DNA of 64,000 nucleotides, taken from assembly GCF_049060185.1 (NCBI RefSeq), contig NZ_JBMEQO010000002.1; one strand, given 5' to 3'. A program made the translations under genes and the position numbers. The DNA is from Nannocystis pusilla (GTDB lineage Bacteria; Myxococcota_A; Polyangia; Nannocystales; Nannocystaceae). Below the pieces are notes generated by a model. The model ran no database searches. It had not been told where the DNA came from and saw nothing but the letters and a program-made list of their open reading frames with translations. This document shows positions 1-10,078 of the stretch, in pieces; position 1 is the first letter of the stretch; each line of letters opens with the position of its first letter.

Positions 1-353
1 GCCGCGTCGAAGATGCCGCGCGGAGGACGGGGCGATGCGGAGCTACCGATGGTGCGTGGGCGTAACTCTGGTGATGGCTTGCGGAGGCGCGCCTGGGCCC
101 TCCGAGACCGCGGGAGCGACGGCAGCCACGAGCAGCGGAACGGCCGACGACACGACCTCGAGCACCACCGACGCCACGACCTCGACCGTCACGACCTCGA
201 CCGGCGAGCCCACCACGGCCACGACCACCGACCCCACGAGCACGACCACCGGCGAGCCCTCCACGGCCGGCAGCACCGCCGATCCCACGAGCACGACCAC
301 CGGCAGGCCGCTGGGCCCGTGCGACGGCCCCGCCCGGGCCCGACAACACGGGG

Positions 354-1037
354 GTGCCGCCGGGCGTGCGCCTCGTGCCGAGCGGCTCGATCACCGTCGA
401 CGAGGACGGCGCGGTGGTCGAGGGCCTCGACATCGAGGGCACGATCACCGTGCTGGCCGACGATGTCACGATCCGCCACGTACGGATCCGCACCGACGAC
501 TACTACCCGATCCGCTACTTCGACGAGGGCAACGTCGGTCTCGTGGTCGAGGACAGCGAGATCGAGGGCCTGTCGGGCAACGCCACCGCGGCGATCTCGT
601 TCGCCCACTACACCGCGCGCCGGCTGAACATCCACGGCACTGCCGACGGCTTCAAGGCCGACAGCGACGTCCTGATCGAGGACTGCTGGGTCCACGACCT
701 GTCCAACGGGCCAGACGAGCACAACGACGGCGTGCAGTCGACCGGCGGCGCCGGCGTCACCCTGCGCCACAACGACATCTCCGGGGCCAGCAACGCCGCC
801 GTGCAGACCGGCGACCTCAATGGTGCCACCATCGACCTCACCCTCGAGTGCAACTGGTTCGACGGCGGCGGCTGGACCCTCAACATCCGCGGCACCGGCG
901 AGACCGTGCCGATGGGCACCAAGATCCTCCACAACCGCTTCGGCCGCGGCCACGGCTACGGCCCGTGGACCCTCGACGACCCGGACCCGATCATCGAGGG
1001 CAACGTCTACGACGACGACGACTCGCCGATCCCGTGA
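354..1037 (+). CDS. Secreted right-handed beta-helix (pectate-lyase-like) protein. A likely N-terminal lipoprotein signal plus Thr-rich linker is encoded in another frame from position 35 (apparent frameshift near 300-350).
   Basis: The translation shows the parallel beta-helix repeat pattern (IEG, NATAAIS, HDLSNGPDEHNDGVQS, LRHNDISGASNAAVQTG). Upstream ORF 35.. begins MRSYRWCVGVTLVMACGG followed by a T/S-rich linker, then changes frame into this ORF. Confidence 0.55.
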   Translation: MPPGVRLVPSGSITVDEDGAVVEGLDIEGTITVLADDVTIRHVRIRTDDYYPIRYFDEGNVGLVVEDSEIEGLSGNATAAISFAHYTARRLNIHGTADGFKADSDVLIEDCWVHDLSNGPDEHNDGVQSTGGAGVTLRHNDISGASNAAVQTGDLNGATIDLTLECNWFDGGGWTLNIRGTGETVPMGTKILHNRFGRGHGYGPWTLDDPDPIIEGNVYDDDDSPIP

Positions 1038-1047
1038 GCCGTGCGGC

Positions 1048-2337
1048 TCACTTGTTGAGGCGGAACATCCCCGACTGGCTCGCGGGGCGCAGCTTGGCCA
1101 GCAGCGGCTCGACCTCGCGGCTCAGGGCCTGCTCGTCGGCCTTGCCGATCGACGCGCCGCACGACAGCAGGGCGAACGCCACGTAGTCGTACATCATCTC
1201 GCGGACCAGCACCTCGGGCTCGCCGCCGAGGGCGCGGCAGGTCTGGCTGGCGTTGCGGTCGATCATCTGCCCGTTGAAGCCGCCGTGCTCGAACGGACCT
1301 GCCCCGCGGAACAGGTCGTCGTAGGAGCCGCGGGCGAACCCGGCCATCGCGTTGCGGAACACGGTGCCGCGGCCGGCCATGTCGGCGCGCTGGTGGATCG
1401 CCCGCAGCGCCGTGTTGGCCAGCTCGACCGCCTCGGCCGCCCCGCCGCGCAGCCGCGGCGGCAGGATGATCACGTGCTGCGACTGCGTCAGCTGGAACAG
1501 CATCTCCGTGACCTGGAACTCGCCGAGCCCGGTCGAGCGGCCGAGCGCCTCGACGCTCTGGGCCCCGTCGATCGCGTTCCACAGCGGCATCACCTCGTTG
1601 CCCGGCGCCAGCGCGCCCGGCCGCTTCTTCGGGATGTACTGCGACGACGGGATCCACGGGCGGAAGTAGCGGATGCCGTCGAGGCGCACGATCAGGTGCA
1701 TCAGCAACGACGTCGCGCTGTGGACCTGGCGGAACGGCAGGCGCGAGTCTTCGTAGCCGTCGAGGAACGCGTAAAGGCCGTCGTCGGCCATCAGCACCGA
1801 GAACACGACCTCCTCGACCTGGCGCCCGAGCAGGCTCAGCACCTGCTCCTCGGTGAGGGCGCCCATCGCCACCGCGGCCACGCCGAACCGCTCGCCGGTC
1901 TTGCGGGCCCGGATCAGCACGTCGCCGAGGACCTCCTCGTGGACCACGCCGAAGCGGTAGGCGATGTTGCCGAGCAGCTCGTCGCCGGCGTCCGACTGCA
2001 CGCCGACGATCGAGCCGTGCTCGAAGAACAGGCTGCGCGAGTGCTCCGAGTCCTGCACCACCAGCTCGCCGCGCCAGCCGACCTGGGCCAGCAGGGCGAT
2101 CACGTCGGCCATCGCCCCCGGCCCCGTGATCTCGCCGGCGATCCGGACCACCGCGCCGTCCTCCCGGTCGCGCCGGCCGTCGGCGCCGACGTAGCGCATG
2201 AACACCAGGTGCCGCGGGGACGGCATGATCCGGAACGCGCCTTCGCGGGTGCGCATCCGCTGCGTGGCGACCTCGCCCAGCGGATGCGCCGCCCCCGTCC
2301 CGTCGATCCAGACCAGCTCGTCCTGCGCGTGCTTCAT
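1048..2337 (-). CDS. Hypothetical cytoplasmic protein (about 430 aa). The likely start is MKHAQDELVWIDGTG.
   Basis: The long ORF has protein-like composition in a single frame. The opposite-strand ORFs across it are Arg/Ala-rich artefacts. Confidence 0.5.
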   Translation of the reverse strand: MKHAQDELVWIDGTGAAHPLGEVATQRMRTREGAFRIMPSPRHLVFMRYVGADGRRDREDGAVVRIAGEITGPGAMADVIALLAQVGWRGELVVQDSEHSRSLFFEHGSIVGVQSDAGDELLGNIAYRFGVVHEEVLGDVLIRARKTGERFGVAAVAMGALTEEQVLSLLGRQVEEVVFSVLMADDGLYAFLDGYEDSRLPFRQVHSATSLLMHLIVRLDGIRYFRPWIPSSQYIPKKRPGALAPGNEVMPLWNAIDGAQSVEALGRSTGLGEFQVTEMLFQLTQSQHVIILPPRLRGGAAEAVELANTALRAIHQRADMAGRGTVFRNAMAGFARGSYDDLFRGAGPFEHGGFNGQMIDRNASQTCRALGGEPEVLVREMMYDYVAFALLSCGASIGKADEQALSREVEPLLAKLRPASQSGMFRLNK

Positions 2338-2538
2338 GGGGTTCGGGGCCGCACTGTAACACCTGTCCGTCCCGTTCTCACCCTGGCGCACGCGGCCCCC
2401 GGCCCGGGCGGCCCCGCCCGAGCGCGCGGGCCGTGCCGCTGCGCATGAACTTTGGCGCCTGCTCTTTGGGTCAGCCGACCCCAGTCCTGCACTAGCGCCC
2501 TCGGGTGGCCACGCAGGCGCCCCGGGGCGGGATCGCGC

Positions 2539-3993
2539 TCAGACCTCGGGCAGCACCACGAGCCCGAACTCGCCGGGCGTCGCGGTCCCGAGCGTGTCGA
2601 CCACGATGTAGTACGTGCCCGGCTGCAGCGGCCCCTCGAGCTCGCGATCGGCTCGCTTCACGCACGTGCCCGCGTCGGTCAGCGTCATCAAGTGGAGGTC
2701 GACGTCGACGTTGCCCTGGTCGAACACCAGCGCGCGGATCTTGGTCGCCTCGGAGATTTCCAGCTCGTAGACGAACTCGGGCCCGTCCTCGCCCATCGAC
2801 ATGCAGGCGCCGGCGTAGGCGTCGATCTCGTCGCTGGGGCTGTCGGCGGTGCTGCGCATGTCGGCGAACGGCAGGCCCGGGATCACGATCGGCTCGGCGA
2901 GCGTGCCGGCGCCCAGCAGCGTCGGCGCCGTCGCGTCGGGCGGCGCGGCGCCGTCGACCACCACCGGCTTGACGCGCGCGAGCGCCTCGAGGGTCGCGAG
3001 GTTGCGGCGGTTGTAGCCGCTGGTGGTGCCGGCGAAGCCGAACGCGCACGGGGCCGGCGTGACCATGTCGCCGCCGAGCGCGACGCTGAGGTCGATGCCG
3101 TCGGCCGCGAGCCCGAAGCCCGGCAGGCCGGCGAGGACGAGGTTGAGGTCGATCAGCGGGATCTTGCGGCCCTGCGCGAGCGCGCGGACAAAGGCGTTGT
3201 AGCGCGGCACATAGACGTCGATGCCGGCCGGCATCGTCCGCGTCGGCATGGTCGACAGGATCGGGATGGTGCCGCCGGCGATCAGCGCGTCGACCACCGC
3301 AGTGAGGTTGTCGGCGAACGTGAACACGCCCTCGGGCGGCGGCACCTCGAGCTCCGCGGTGCCGAGCAGCACCAGCGCGAAGCGAGGGCTGATCTCGGTG
3401 ACTTCGTTGGCGAGCGGCGACGGCATCCCGGCCAGCACGTCGGCCCCGCCCCACCCGGCCATCGCCGCCAGGCTGACGCGGCTGAACGACGTCGCGCCCA
3501 TGCCCGCCGCGGTCATGTTGAAGAAGTCCACCGTCGGCTGCAGCTCCGCCGGCAGCTCCATGATCTGCACGGCGTCGGCGAGGCAGTGCATGAAGTTGGT
3601 GCTGGCGGTGCTCGAGCCGCCGACCTTGGCGAACACGCCGTCGGTCTTGGTGCCCTTGGCCTTGATCGCGGCCAGGGACGCGGCGACGTCGGCGGTGAGC
3701 GGCGAGTGGACCTCGTCGAACGGGTAGTACTCGCCGAGCACGGTGGGCTCGCCGGTGGTCGTGGTCGCGGTGTCGTCGGTCTCCGAGCTCAGGGTCTCGC
3801 CGTCGCTCGTGCTGGTGGTCGTCGTCCCGCCCGTCTCGGTCGTCGTCCCCGAGGTGGTGGTCGGCTCGGTCGACGTCGGCATCGCCGTGGCCGCGGTCGT
3901 GCCGAGGGTCCCGCTGGTGTCGCCGTCGAGCGGCGCTCCCTGTGCGCACCCGACCGCCAGCGCGGCGACCGGTCCGATAATCCATCGCGTCAT
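2539..3993 (-). CDS. Secreted lipoprotein with a Thr-rich linker and a C-terminal pre-peptidase (PPC)-like beta domain.
   Basis: Lipoprotein signal MTRWIIGPVAALAVGCAQG, a TTTSGTTTETGG linker, and a C-terminal ...GTYYIVVDTLGTATPGEFGLVV (PPC-like). Confidence 0.55.
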   Translation of the reverse strand: MTRWIIGPVAALAVGCAQGAPLDGDTSGTLGTTAATAMPTSTEPTTTSGTTTETGGTTTTSTSDGETLSSETDDTATTTTGEPTVLGEYYPFDEVHSPLTADVAASLAAIKAKGTKTDGVFAKVGGSSTASTNFMHCLADAVQIMELPAELQPTVDFFNMTAAGMGATSFSRVSLAAMAGWGGADVLAGMPSPLANEVTEISPRFALVLLGTAELEVPPPEGVFTFADNLTAVVDALIAGGTIPILSTMPTRTMPAGIDVYVPRYNAFVRALAQGRKIPLIDLNLVLAGLPGFGLAADGIDLSVALGGDMVTPAPCAFGFAGTTSGYNRRNLATLEALARVKPVVVDGAAPPDATAPTLLGAGTLAEPIVIPGLPFADMRSTADSPSDEIDAYAGACMSMGEDGPEFVYELEISEATKIRALVFDQGNVDVDLHLMTLTDAGTCVKRADRELEGPLQPGTYYIVVDTLGTATPGEFGLVVLPEV

Positions 3994-4289
3994 GGCCCGG
4001 CAGGGTACACCATGTCGGCCGCGTAACACGCCACGCCGGCCGCCCCGAAAGGCCCGGGAGCGCGCCTGGGCTTAGCCCCGGGCTGTTCGGCGAACGCAGG
4101 TGCGCGCGTCCCCGGGCCGCCTTCAGCGCCCTTCAGCGCCCGCTCGGGCGCCCCGCGCGTCTTCGCAACCGCGGCACAACCTGTCCTCCCGGACATCCCC
4201 GCATCAGGGCCGCACGGACGCCGCGCTTGCAGGCGGAGGCGCGGCCCATCTCGCGTCCGCGGCGCGACGATTGCCTCACGCATGCACTT

Positions 4290-5516
4290 TTAGACATGCG
4301 TTGAGGGCCATGTCGCCGCCAGCGCGACCTGTCGCTGACATGTCTCTTCGGACATCCTTCGCCCGATCTCGAGACATGTCCCTTCGGACACGTCAATCGC
4401 CGCGCCCGGCGCGGCCGAGGAAGAAGCCGGCGACGCCCCGGTCACGCCCCACGAGGTCGCGCGCGGGATCTCGGGGATCGCGGTCTCCAGCCGCTGCCAG
4501 TTCACCGCCGCGAACACGCGCAGGTGCTGCAACAGCACCCAGTTCACGCCGGCCGACGTCGCGGTGATGCCGTTGCCGACCACGTCGCGGGCGCCGACGC
4601 GGAAGCGCTCGAAGCGGGCCGACAGCTCGACCGCGCTGTCGCGCACGCGGCGGCTCGCCAGCCGCGGCAGCAGCGTCGCCGGGTCCTTGTCCTGGCCCGT
4701 CACCACCGCGCCGACCTGGGCGTAGCCGCCGGCGCCGATCAGCTGGGGCAGCGGGTCGCCCGGCGTGAACGGGTCGCCGTCGGTGTCGCGCTCGCGCGAG
4801 TCGTAGGTGTAGAAGAACTCGCCGCGGGCCGAGAGGAAGCGCCAGAACAGCCCGCCGCCGGCCGTGAAGCGGCGCGACGCGCCCGTGCTCGGCAGGCCGT
4901 GGAAGAAGTCGAAGGCGAACGCGGTGGTCACCGTCGGCGTGAAGCCGTTGGTCTTGTGGTAGGCGAACACCGACGCCACCAGCAGGAGCTGCGGGCCGCG
5001 CTGCAGGAACGCCAGCGGGCTGAGCTGCACCTTGCCGGCGAACGCGATCTTGGTGTTGTTGGCCTCGCGGTTCTGGCCGATGCCGGAGAACACCGCGGCG
5101 GTGACCTCGGCCCAGCGCCAGAAGTCGTAGGCCACCTCGAGCCCGACCTGCCGCCCGGGCGTGGCCGCAAGCATCGACAGCGGCGCGCGCGGCAGCTCGT
5201 CGACCAGGTCGGGCGCGTTGAAGCGCAGGCCGAACGGGGCCTTGAACTGGCCGGCGCGCAGCCGCAGCCGCGGCGCCGCGGCCCAGGCGATGAACGCGTC
5301 GAACAGCTGCGGCCCCTTGGCCTGCGCCGCCTCGATCGTCACGAACGCAGTGACCGGCCCGATCTGGACCCCGCCGCCGATCCGCGCCCCCGCCAGGCTG
5401 ATGTTGCTGTAGCCCTCGCGCGGCGCCGAGTACCAGGTCGCGTCGGTGCGGATCCACCCGTACGGGAAGAACTGGAACCGCTCGCGCAGCGGCGGCTTGG
5501 ATGTCCCCAAGGGCAT
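4290..5516 (-). CDS. Porin-like outer-membrane beta-barrel protein (phosphate-selective porin O/P-like). Both ends run into palindromic repeat elements and no signal peptide is visible, so it may be disrupted.
   Basis: LRLRAGQFKAPFGLRFNAPD and alternating beta-strand-like segments. The 5' part of ORF 4290..6728 is an Arg-rich artefact. Confidence 0.4.
   Translation of the reverse strand: MPLGTSKPPLRERFQFFPYGWIRTDATWYSAPREGYSNISLAGARIGGGVQIGPVTAFVTIEAAQAKGPQLFDAFIAWAAAPRLRLRAGQFKAPFGLRFNAPDLVDELPRAPLSMLAATPGRQVGLEVAYDFWRWAEVTAAVFSGIGQNREANNTKIAFAGKVQLSPLAFLQRGPQLLLVASVFAYHKTNGFTPTVTTAFAFDFFHGLPSTGASRRFTAGGGLFWRFLSARGEFFYTYDSRERDTDGDPFTPGDPLPQLIGAGGYAQVGAVVTGQDKDPATLLPRLASRRVRDSAVELSARFERFRVGARDVVGNGITATSAGVNWVLLQHLRVFAAVNWQRLETAIPEIPRATSWGVTGASPASSSAAPGAAIDVSEGTCLEIGRRMSEETCQRQVALAATWPSTHV
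4292..4393. repeat. Cluster of GGACATGTCC-type palindromic elements (three units, two with cTTCGg spacers).
   Basis: agacatgcgttgagggccatgtcgc; gacctgtcgctgacatgtctcTTCGgacatcc; gagacatgtcccTTCGgacacgtc. Confidence 0.7.
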
Positions 5517-5782
5517 GTCCTTAGAGACATCCCGAGCGGGGCGCCCGTCGGCGCGACAGGACCCGCCGGGACCGCGCCGCCGGGTTCGGCGCCGCTCGTC
5601 CCCTGGCCCGCCGCCGATGGGGTCTTGACGACAGGTTCCAAAGGACCTGTCGCATCGGGCATGTCCTCTCGACCATTGTCGCCGCCCTCGCGGCTCTCGG
5701 GTACCGGGACGCTGGTGATCTCGTCGGCAGGCGCGGCCCACAGGGCCGCGCCGAGGATGAAGGTCGTCGGATCCACGGGCGC

Positions 5783-6771
5783 TCAACAGGCCGGCAGGAC
5801 CACGATCTGCTGGGAGTCGCGGGCGGACACGAAGATCCGGCTGACGCCGTCGAACGCGATCCCACGCGGCTCCCAGTCGCCCTCCGCGACCGTCGAGATC
5901 GCCCCGTCCCCGGTCACGCGGTAGACGCGGCCGGTGCTGTTGGCGGTGTCGTACGACAGCACCAGCAGGGCCCCGTCGGGCGTCGTCTCCATCAAGTCGA
6001 GCGACTCGAACTCGTCCGACACCAGAGTCAACGCCGGCGCCGCCGCCTTCAGGTCGAGTTTGAATAACTGCCGCTGCGACTGGTCGCCGACGAACAGAGT
6101 GTCGCCGATCACCGCGATCCCGACCGGCTTGCTGAGGCCGCCGACGATCATCGTCTCGACGCCGGCGACCGGGTCGACGCTGGCGATCCAGCCGGTGTAC
6201 ACGTCGTCGGCGTCGCGCGAGTAGGTGGCCACGTAGAGCAGCCCCCGCGCGTCGTCGTAGTCGAGGCCGACGCGGCGCCACTCGTCGTTGACGCCCGCGA
6301 GCGCCTCTGCAGCCCCGTCGGGCCCGACGCGGAAGAGCGCCCCCAGCCCGGGCATCCCGAAGCCGAAGCGCGGCAGGTAGAGCGAGCCGTCGGCGGCGAA
6401 GTCGAGGTCGCCGAGGCCGTCGGAGCCGGGATCGCCGGAGGGTTCGGGATCTCCGCGAACACCTCCGTCGTCCCGTCCTCGTCGCGCACCAGCACGCGGT
6501 TGTTGTCGTCGTCGGCGATGTACAGCTTCTGCTCGTCGACGCGGTAGTAGAGCCCGTTGGGCTCGGCCTGCACGTCGATGCGGTAGGTCGGGAACGTCTC
6601 GCACTGCGCCGGCGCCCCGGTCGTCCCGTCCGTCGTCGTCGGCGCGTCGGCAGTCGCCTCGCTCGCGGTCCCGGTCGCCTCCGTGCCCGTCGCGCTCTCG
6701 GTCGCAGTCGTCGCGGCCTGCGGCACACAGGCCGCCAGCGCCGCAGTCATCGTCCACACGCGTGTCTTCAT
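5783..6771 (-). CDS. Lipoprotein with a beta-propeller (SMP-30/NHL-like) domain; apparent frameshift near 6445.
   Basis: Signal MKTRVWTMTAALAACVPQA plus a Thr-rich linker in frame of ORF 6148..7404. It continues in the frame of ORF 5783..6757 (GLLYVATYSRDADDVYTGWIASVDPVAG... LFVGDQSQRQLFKLDL). Confidence 0.5.
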
Positions 6772-6785
6772 GAGCTGCTCCAAGG

Positions 6786-7894
6786 TCAGGCGGCGTCGAG
6801 CTCCGCCACGCGGTCGCCGCAGCCGCGCACGTCGTAGCCGAGCGACGACAGCTCGCGGCGGAACGCCGCCGAGGTCATCGCGTCGAGGAATCGTTCCAGC
6901 CGCGGGTCGGCCAGCAGGGCCCGCGGGATCGCCAGGTCGTAGCGCTCCTCGGCCAGCGGCACGAACTCGAGGCCGAACGCGATCGCGGCGTCGCGCGTGG
7001 CCACCCCGACCTCGCCTGCCCCGCTGGCGATCGCCTGCGCCACCTCGAGGTGACCGCTCGCGCGCACCGGCGCCGCCCCGGCCAGCGCCGCCGACAGGCC
7101 CGCGCGCCCCAGCTCGCGCTCGAGCAGCCGCCGCGAGCCCGAGCCGGTCTCGCGCGCGACCAGCCGCAGCCCGCGGCGCCCGAGGTCGGCCGCGCCGCGG
7201 ATCTTCCGCGGATTGCCGGGCGCCAGCAGCAGCCCCGCCTCCCACCGCGCGAGCGTGATCAGCACGATCGCCCCGGCCGCGTGCTTGCGGACGTCGGGCA
7301 CGTTGGCCTCGCCCGTGCGCCCGTCGATCAGGTGCACCCCGGCCACGTGCGTGTGCTCGGCCGCCAACGCCGCCAGCGCCTGCGTGCTCGAGCGCGGCAG
7401 CCACATCACCCGCCCCGCCCCCGCGCGCCCGCTCAGGCGGTCGGCCAGCACCCCCAGCGCCGCCGCGCAGCCCATCACGATCAGGTTGTCCTGCGCCTCG
7501 GCCCGCGGCCGCACCAGCTCGACCTGGACCCGCCCGCGTCGCTTCGGCGCCTCCGCCACAATCGCGTCGGCCGCCAGCCGCATCGCCTCGCCTGCCAGCG
7601 GATACGTCACCCAGCGCCCGCCGAGGTGCGCGAGCGCGACCCGGCCCGCGTGCACCGGCCCAGCCGGCTCGGCCTCGACGCGCAGCTCAGAGTCCGCGAG
7701 CGCGAACAGCTCCTCGACCCGACAATCCAGCGCCCGCGCCAGCCGCAGCGCCACGTCGACCGCGGGGTCGCCCGCCCGGCCTCGATCGCCCCCACGCTCT
7801 GCCGCGACAGGCTCGCCGCCGCCGCCAGCTCGCTCTGCGACAGCCCGCGGGCCTCTCGCACCGCCCGTACCCGGTTCGGCTCGCTTTCGGACAT
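6786..7894 (-). CDS. Transcriptional regulator: N-terminal XRE-family HTH fused to a periplasmic-binding-protein-like (molybdate/ModA-like) domain. Apparent frameshift near 7790.
   Basis: HTH MSESEPNRVRAVREARGLSQSELAAAASLSRQSVGAIEAGRA (frame of ORF 7607..8014), then VDVALRLARALDCRVEELFALAD... substrate-binding-like domain (ORF 6786..8210). Confidence 0.55.
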
Positions 7895-7904
7895 GACGCG
7901 TACT

Positions 7905-7921
7905 CTTTCCATGATGGAAAG
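7905..7921. promoter_or_regulatory. Perfect palindrome CTTTCCATGATGGAAAG, 11 bp upstream of the XRE regulator start; candidate autoregulatory operator.
   Basis: Seen in sequence. A related palindrome CCATGGAAACGC-N10-GCGTTTCCATGG lies at 49659..49692. Confidence 0.4.
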
Positions 7922-8535
7922 CATGCTTGTCAAGTGCCGATCGACGTGCCCGAGGCGGCCGGCCCCGTCGCCACTGCAAAAACGTGCAGATTCTCTGCCG
8001 CCCACCGCGCGCATGAGAGGCTGTCCTTTCGGGCATGTCGCGTGCGCTCGACCGCCGCTCCGCGCAGCGCCGCGGGCCGAGGCGACGTCCGCCTCGACGC
8101 GCCCCGCCCCTCACGACCTGCGCGCTGCACGGTCCTCGCGTCACCAAGCGCCGCAGACCACGACGCCGCCTCGACATACACAGCCCAGCTTTCACGGCTC
8201 CGGGCACCACGGACCGGGGCAGCCCTCCGTCTTCGGTCGCCGCGGGGCCGAGTCGGCGCTCACCTCGAAGTGCGCCGACCGCCGCCTCATTCGAGTACCT
8301 GTCCGATCAAACAGACATCTCCGGACACCGGCATCGCGGCCCCGTGAGGCCCATCCTCACGACGGCGTCTGCAGGACTGCAGCTTCGTCCCAAAGCGAGC
8401 CCCAGCGCCGCCACTACGAGCCGGAGCGCCGCAACGCATGCACCGCATCGACCCTGGCAACCGAGCAGAGCAGTTCAGGCCGCCGCTCGACGGCGAACCT
8501 CGACGCGACCTGGCCCCGCCGCGCTCGCCGGGCCT

Positions 8536-8823
8536 TCAGCCCGCGAAGTCGGCCCCGATCACCACCGTCCAGGGCCTCACGGTCCAGCGGCGGACCAGCC
8601 CTTCACGGACGTAAGGATCGGCGTGGGCGAACGCCTCGGCCGCGGATGCGTCGGGGCCACGGAACACCAGCAGGGCTTCGTCGGCCGGCTCGGCCAGCGC
8701 GCCGCCGAGCCGCAGCTCGCCGCGCTCGACGGCCGCGCGGGCCAGCGCCAGGTGTTCGGGCCGCAGCGGCGTACGGCGTTCGAGGTAATCGTCGACGAGT
8801 TCGTAGCGGAGCACGAAGTACAT
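8536..8823 (-). CDS. YciI-like protein (YCII-related domain).
   Basis: MYFVLRYELVDDYLERRTPLRPEHLALARAAVERGELRLGGAL...PYVREGLV matches the YciI family fold signature. Only the C-terminal 95 aa of ORF 8536..9357 is real. Confidence 0.65.
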   Translation of the reverse strand: MYFVLRYELVDDYLERRTPLRPEHLALARAAVERGELRLGGALAEPADEALLVFRGPDASAAEAFAHADPYVREGLVRRWTVRPWTVVIGADFAG

Positions 8824-9337
8824 CGCCGGCGAGCATATCCGGACGGCCGCGTCCGGGGTCGTGCGAGTCGCGCGAAACCCTGGAAAACACGTCTCTTCCG
8901 GCCACGGCCGAGGACGCCGGACAGGTGACCGTGCGCGGGGTCGACTGCCATCGCCGATGGGCGTCACGACCCACGCGGTGCGACGTCCCCAATTGACATT
9001 TGCGCGCTCCCGGATCCGCCGACGAGCACTCGCACTATATACATTGTGGGGCGCGCCCGCGCCCGCGATTCGTCGCACGCGGCTGCGGACAGGCGCGGCC
9101 CGGAGTGAGCCGCGCGGGCCGGCATCTGCCGCCCGCGAAACAATGATCATAGGTGAATCCTCCGCTCGCCGACGAATTGCCCCATGAATCCCGGCTTGCG
9201 CCCACAACCACCTGTCAGCGGCCGTGGGTGAAGTGAAGCAAGGTACGCGGCGCTGCCCCAAAGTTGATGCATGCGCATCGACGACGATTGACACGAGTAT
9301 CACCGGCCCAGTAACGTGTTCTCGTTGGAGGTGTGGG

Positions 9338-9916
9338 ATGCAGCGGCCAGTATTCATTTCGACGATTCTCCTCGCGCTCTCGATGTCGATCGCGGCGCCT
9401 CAAGTAGTATCGGGTAACGGCTGGGGCCACGGTAACGGCAACGGCAACGGCTGGGGTCACGGCAACGGCAACGGTAACGGTAATAACAATAACAATAACG
9501 GCGACTTCAAGAAGAGCGCGGTGCCGAACCCGGAGGCGCCCGACTTCGGGGCTATCTTCAATTGGGGCCTCAAGCTGCGGAACATCGACGAGATGTTCCT
9601 CATCGCCGGCCACGGCGCGCACGACTCGAACGGGCAGATCATGTACCCCGGCGACGCCGTCGGGCAGACGCAGTACATCCTCGACCACTTCGACGAATAT
9701 CTCGACGACGCCGGCTACGATCGCAAGGACATCATCCGCATCGAGTTCACGATGACGACCGACGTCAGCGACGGCGAGTTCAACGCGATCCTCGGCCTGT
9801 TCGCCGACTACTTCGCCCCGGTGAACATCAAGCCGGCGGCCGGCACCCTGCGGATCGTCGACGCCCTGGCGATCCCGGGCATGCTCGTCGAGTACGAGAT
9901 CTGGTGCGCCAAATAG
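9338..9916 (+). CDS. Secreted RidA/YjgF (endoribonuclease L-PSP) family protein with an N-terminal signal peptide and a Gly-Asn/His repeat (GNGWGHGNGNGN..NNNNNN).
   Basis: GGAGG RBS, then ATG. Signal MQRPVFISTILLALSMSIAAPQ. C-terminal IAGHGAHDSNGQIMYPGDAVGQTQYILDHFDEYLDDAGYDRKDIIRIEFTMTTD...GMLVEYEIWCAK (RidA). The local GC is lower than its surroundings. Confidence 0.7.
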   Translation: MQRPVFISTILLALSMSIAAPQVVSGNGWGHGNGNGNGWGHGNGNGNGNNNNNNGDFKKSAVPNPEAPDFGAIFNWGLKLRNIDEMFLIAGHGAHDSNGQIMYPGDAVGQTQYILDHFDEYLDDAGYDRKDIIRIEFTMTTDVSDGEFNAILGLFADYFAPVNIKPAAGTLRIVDALAIPGMLVEYEIWCAK

Positions 9917-10078
9917 CTCGCGCGCTCGCGTGACCCGGCCGCTCCGTCCGCGCAGGACGGCGCGGCCGCGACCGTTTTCGAGCGCCCGCGCTCGCTCGCT
10001 CGTCTCCGCGGGTACGGTGAATCGACGGTCCCATGGCGAGGGCTGTTTGCCGCCGGGCGCTCGGCGTATCCTCGGCCG

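Noticed and set aside
5339-5776. ORF 5339..5776 (minus) as a missing signal-peptide exon of the porin-like gene.
   Set aside because: MDPTTFILGAALWAAPADE is only weakly signal-like. The rest is low-complexity Gly/Pro/Ala and runs through a palindromic element, so this is more likely intergenic.
13-8996. Numerous long ORFs rich in Arg/Pro/Ala/Gly (for example 13..627, 820..2448, 2452..4026, 2492..3985, 4524..5924, 6148..7404 N-terminus, 7050..8996).
   Set aside because: These are off-frame or antisense artefacts of high GC. Each overlaps a better protein-like ORF in another frame, with no recognisable domains and biased low-complexity composition.
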